Shown one piece after another: positions 37,206 to 40,060 of a stretch of DNA of 40,060 nt. The stretch is taken from IMG/VR virus record IMGVR_UViG_2563366805_000009; one strand, given 5' to 3'. The notes beneath the pieces were generated by a model. It ran no database searches, was not told where the DNA came from, and was given only the letters and a program-made list of their open reading frames with translations. Numbering within the stretch: position 1 is the first letter of the stretch; each line of letters opens with the position of its first letter. Made by a program: the position numbers and the translations under genes. The DNA comes from a virus (taxonomy: Duplodnaviria > Heunggongvirae > Uroviricota > Caudoviricetes).

Positions 37206-37227
37206 CGCTGCCGCCATTTTGTCGCCA
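37206..37227. repeat. Candidate attR core (CGCTGCCGCCATTTTGTCGCCA)
   Basis: Direct repeat of 19..40 (one C/T mismatch), starting 1 nt after the ogr stop. Confidence 0.5.
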
Positions 37228-37284
37228 TCGTTAAAAAACAGTGTTTCTAACATCATGATTTTAAACAGCTTAAATTTCAGGCAA

Positions 37285-37328
37285 CAAAAAACCCATCAAC
37301 CTTGAACCGAAATGGCGGGGTTGATGGG
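37285..37328 (-). terminator. Rho-independent terminator of ybjL
   Basis: CCCATCAACC ... GGTTGATGGG stem, followed on the minus strand by TTTTTT. Confidence 0.7.
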
Positions 37329-37440
37329 CTCCACAAAATGGGGACATCAAAGAAAAGCAGTGGCACTAATTAAGACTGATGCCCTGCGGAAAAGTTCTGC
37401 GGTTGTGCAAAAAAATTTCATTTTCAGGGCAACTTCAGTT

Positions 37441-39126
37441 TTATCCTAATCCTGGCCATACCATGACGATGATTGTCCCTGCCAGCGTCAGCAGGACGTT
37501 GGCGATTGCATAGGTGCCCGCATAGCCCAGCGCCGGGATGTTACTGCGAGCTGTATCACTGATGATCTCCATTGCCGGCGCGCAGGTACGTGCGCCCATC
37601 ATTGCGCCGAACAACAGCGCGCGGTTCATTCGCAATACATAAGCACCGAACAAGAAACAGATAACCACGGGCACCAGACTGACAATCAATCCGGCAATCA
37701 ACATCTGACCGCCAATCGCGCCCAGGCCGTTATTAATACCGCTACCGGCGCTCAGACCAACGCCTGCCATAAACACCATCAAGCCGAACTCTTTCACCAT
37801 GCTTAATGCACCCTGCGGAATGTAACCGAAGGTCGGGTGGTTAGCACGCATAAAGCCCAGCATAATTCCGGCGAATAACAACCCGGCAGCGTTCCCCATG
37901 CCGAAACTGAATGTGCTGAACTGGAAGGTGATCATCCCGATCATCAGCCCAATAACAAAGAAGGCGCAGAATGCCAGCAGGTCAGTGACCTGGCTGTGAA
38001 TCGAGATAAAGCCGATGCGATCGGCGATGGTTTTTACGCGGCGGGCATCGCCGCTGACTTGTAAAACGTCACCTTTGTTAAGCACGACGTTGTCATCTAT
38101 CGGCATCTCAATCTGGCTACGAATGACGCGGTTAAGGAAGCAACCGTGATCGGTCAACTTCAGTTGTGCGAGACGTTTACCTACAGCGTTATGGTTTTTA
38201 ACGACCACTTCTTCAGTGACGATACGCATGTCGAGAAGGTCACGATCGAAAACTTCTTTACCGTTACGGAAGCTGGGATCGAGTCGGGCATGGGCGTCGG
38301 GATAGCCTACCAACGCTATTTCATCGCCCATTTGTAGCACGGCATCACCGTCTGGATTTGCCAGAATCCCGTTACGTCGAATACGTTCAATGTAGCAGCC
38401 GGTTTGTCGATAAATACCCAGTTCACGCAGATTTTTGCCGTCGGTCCAGGCCACCAGTTCCGGGCCGACGCGATAGGCGCGGATCACCGGTAAATAAACC
38501 TTACGGTTGGCATCAGTGTCCAGGCCACGTTCGCGGGCGATTTGCTGGGCGCTGGTCTGTAAGTCCTGATGCTGCAATTTCGGCAAGTAACGCGCACCAA
38601 CAATCAAACTCACCAGACCGATTAAATAGGTTAAGGCATACCCGAGGCTCAGATTATCCAGTGCCAGTGAGAGCTGCCTGCTTTCCATGCCGGAATGACG
38701 CAGTGTATCGCCAGCACCGACCAGAACCGGTGTCGACGTCATAGAGCCTGCTAACATACCGGCCGTCAGGCCAATATCCCAGCCAAACAGCTTACCTAAC
38801 CCTAAGGCGATCACCAGCGCACTGCCAACCATCACCAGTGCTAACATTAGGTAATTTTTCCCATCGCGAAAAAAAATGGAAAAAAAGTTCGGTCCGGCTT
38901 CGACCCCGACGCAGAAAATAAACAGCATAAAGCCAAGATTAAGCGCATCGGTGTTAATGCTGAAATGTTGTTGGCCTAATAACAGCGATACGACTAAAAC
39001 GCCAATGGAATTACCCAGTTGGATCGAACCAAGTCGTAACTTTCCGAGACATAGCCCAAGCGCGAGGACCACAAATAATAACAGAATGTAATTCCCATTT
39101 AACAATTCGGCGACGTTTATATTCAC
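37441..39126 (-). CDS. ybjL: Putative AAE-family transport protein YbjL
   Basis: 561 aa. [33 protein letters not shown]... is recognised as E. coli YbjL (two TM domains flanking TrkA-C-like domains). Confidence 0.9.
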
Positions 39127-39395
39127 GGAGGCTAACTTCTTGTTTACTAGTAAGCTGTTGAAAGAAATGGTAATTTACGATAATGTTTTTTACCAGAATT
39201 CAGGGCGCAGATTCATTCAGCGCACCTAAACGATAGTAAAGTAACAATATATTTTACTAGTGTAATCACATTAGGTATCAACGGCTATATGAATTGCGTT
39301 GGCCTATATTAGCATGGAATGCGAAGCGGCTTTATCTTACTGAACGCCACACTGGCGAAAAATGTGTTCGATAGACGCAGTGTCAGGAGGAACGA

Positions 39396-39773
39396 GTGAA
39401 ACATAAACAACGTTGGGCGGGGGCAATCTGCTGTTTTGTCCTCTTCATTGTGGTGTGCCTTTTTCTGGCGACGCACATGAAAGGCGCTTTTCGGGCTGCC
39501 GGGCATCCTGAAATCGGCTTGCTATTTTTCATTCTTCCTGGAGCAGTCGCCAGCTTCTTTTCACAGCGTAGAGAAGTCCTGAAACCTCTGTTTGGCGCAA
39601 TGCTGGCGGCACCCTGTTCGATGCTCATTATGCGGCTGTTTTTTTCACCGACGCGCTCATTCTGGCAAGAGCTGGCATGGTTATTAAGTGCGGTGTTCTG
39701 GTGTGCGCTGGGGGCACTGTGTTTCTTATTTATCAGTAGTTTGTTTAAACCACAGCACAGAAAAAATCAGTAA
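39396..39773 (+). CDS. ybjM: Inner membrane protein YbjM
   Basis: 125-aa multi-TM protein, located between ybjL and grxA as in E. coli. Confidence 0.8.
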   Translation: MKHKQRWAGAICCFVLFIVVCLFLATHMKGAFRAAGHPEIGLLFFILPGAVASFFSQRREVLKPLFGAMLAAPCSMLIMRLFFSPTRSFWQELAWLLSAVFWCALGALCFLFISSLFKPQHRKNQ

Positions 39774-39793
39774 AGCCCTCAACGCGAGGGCTT
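39773..39793. terminator. Bidirectional hairpin between ybjM and grxA
   Basis: AAGCCCTC-aacgc-GAGGGCTT. Confidence 0.55.
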
Positions 39794-39802
39794 GTCAGAC
39801 GA

Positions 39803-40060
39803 TCAGGCGTCCAGATTTTCTTTCACCCATGCAGCAAAATCGGTATAGCCGCCGATATGTTGCTGATCGACAAAAATCTGCGGCACGGTTTCTACGGGTT
39901 TACCTGCCTTTTGTTGTAGATCTTCTTTAGTGATCCCTTCCGCACGAATATCTACATAGTGATACTGAAAATCATCGTGTTCATTGCTCAATTTCTCAGC
40001 CAGATCTTTTGCACGCACACAGTAAGGGCAACCCGGACGACCAAAAATAACGGTTTGCAT
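39803..40060 (-). CDS. grxA: Glutaredoxin 1
   Basis: 85 aa. MQTVIFGRPGCPYCVRAKDLAEKL carries the CPYC active site and is recognised as E. coli GrxA. Confidence 0.95.
   Translation of the reverse strand: MQTVIFGRPGCPYCVRAKDLAEKLSNEHDDFQYHYVDIRAEGITKEDLQQKAGKPVETVPQIFVDQQHIGGYTDFAAWVKENLDA

Noticed and set aside
39309-39628. 65-aa and 81-aa minus-strand ORFs near ybjM
   Set aside because: They overlap the ybjM promoter and coding region on the antisense strand, and their translations are basic, low-complexity and not protein-like.

Overview
The window holds an almost complete P2/186-like temperate prophage of about 37.2 kb (roughly 19..37227). It is integrated next to the Escherichia-type chromosomal genes ybjL, ybjM and grxA (37441..40060). 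All protein-family calls come from reading the supplied translations against remembered P2/186 and E. coli proteins. No database search was run.

Gene order follows the P2 prophage map:
- Lysogeny and early genes: int, a 186-type CI repressor, a Cox/Apl-like gene, cII, a Fil-like gene, small early genes, a TraR-type zinc finger, a Dam methylase and replication endonuclease A.
- A variable region (7.5-13.3 kb).
- Head and lysis genes: Q and P (minus strand), O, N, M, L, X, then the lysis cassette.
- Tail genes: R, S, V, W, J, I, H, a tail-fibre inversion module with a Hin/Pin-type invertase, FI, FII, E/E+E', T, U, D and ogr.

The variable region is the most interesting part:
- A LexA-box-preceded small ORF sits at the position of the 186 tum antirepressor and is split by an intact 1153-bp IS630.
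- Two lipoprotein cargo genes (morons) follow, then a 181-bp IS630-derived MITE.
- A P2/186-like cos sequence comes next.
- Between cos and the portal gene lies an AT-rich, translationally coupled three-gene operon (10984..13202) with no function I can recognise. Its last gene carries a PD-(D/E)xK nuclease-like signature. This operon is my best candidate for an undescribed anti-phage system.

A second striking structure is the invertible tail-fibre unit. A 1887-bp unit is present twice in tandem, with the second copy flipped. This creates a 3.7-kb palindrome (apparently identical 1833-bp arms, 54-bp spacer) with four crossover sites.
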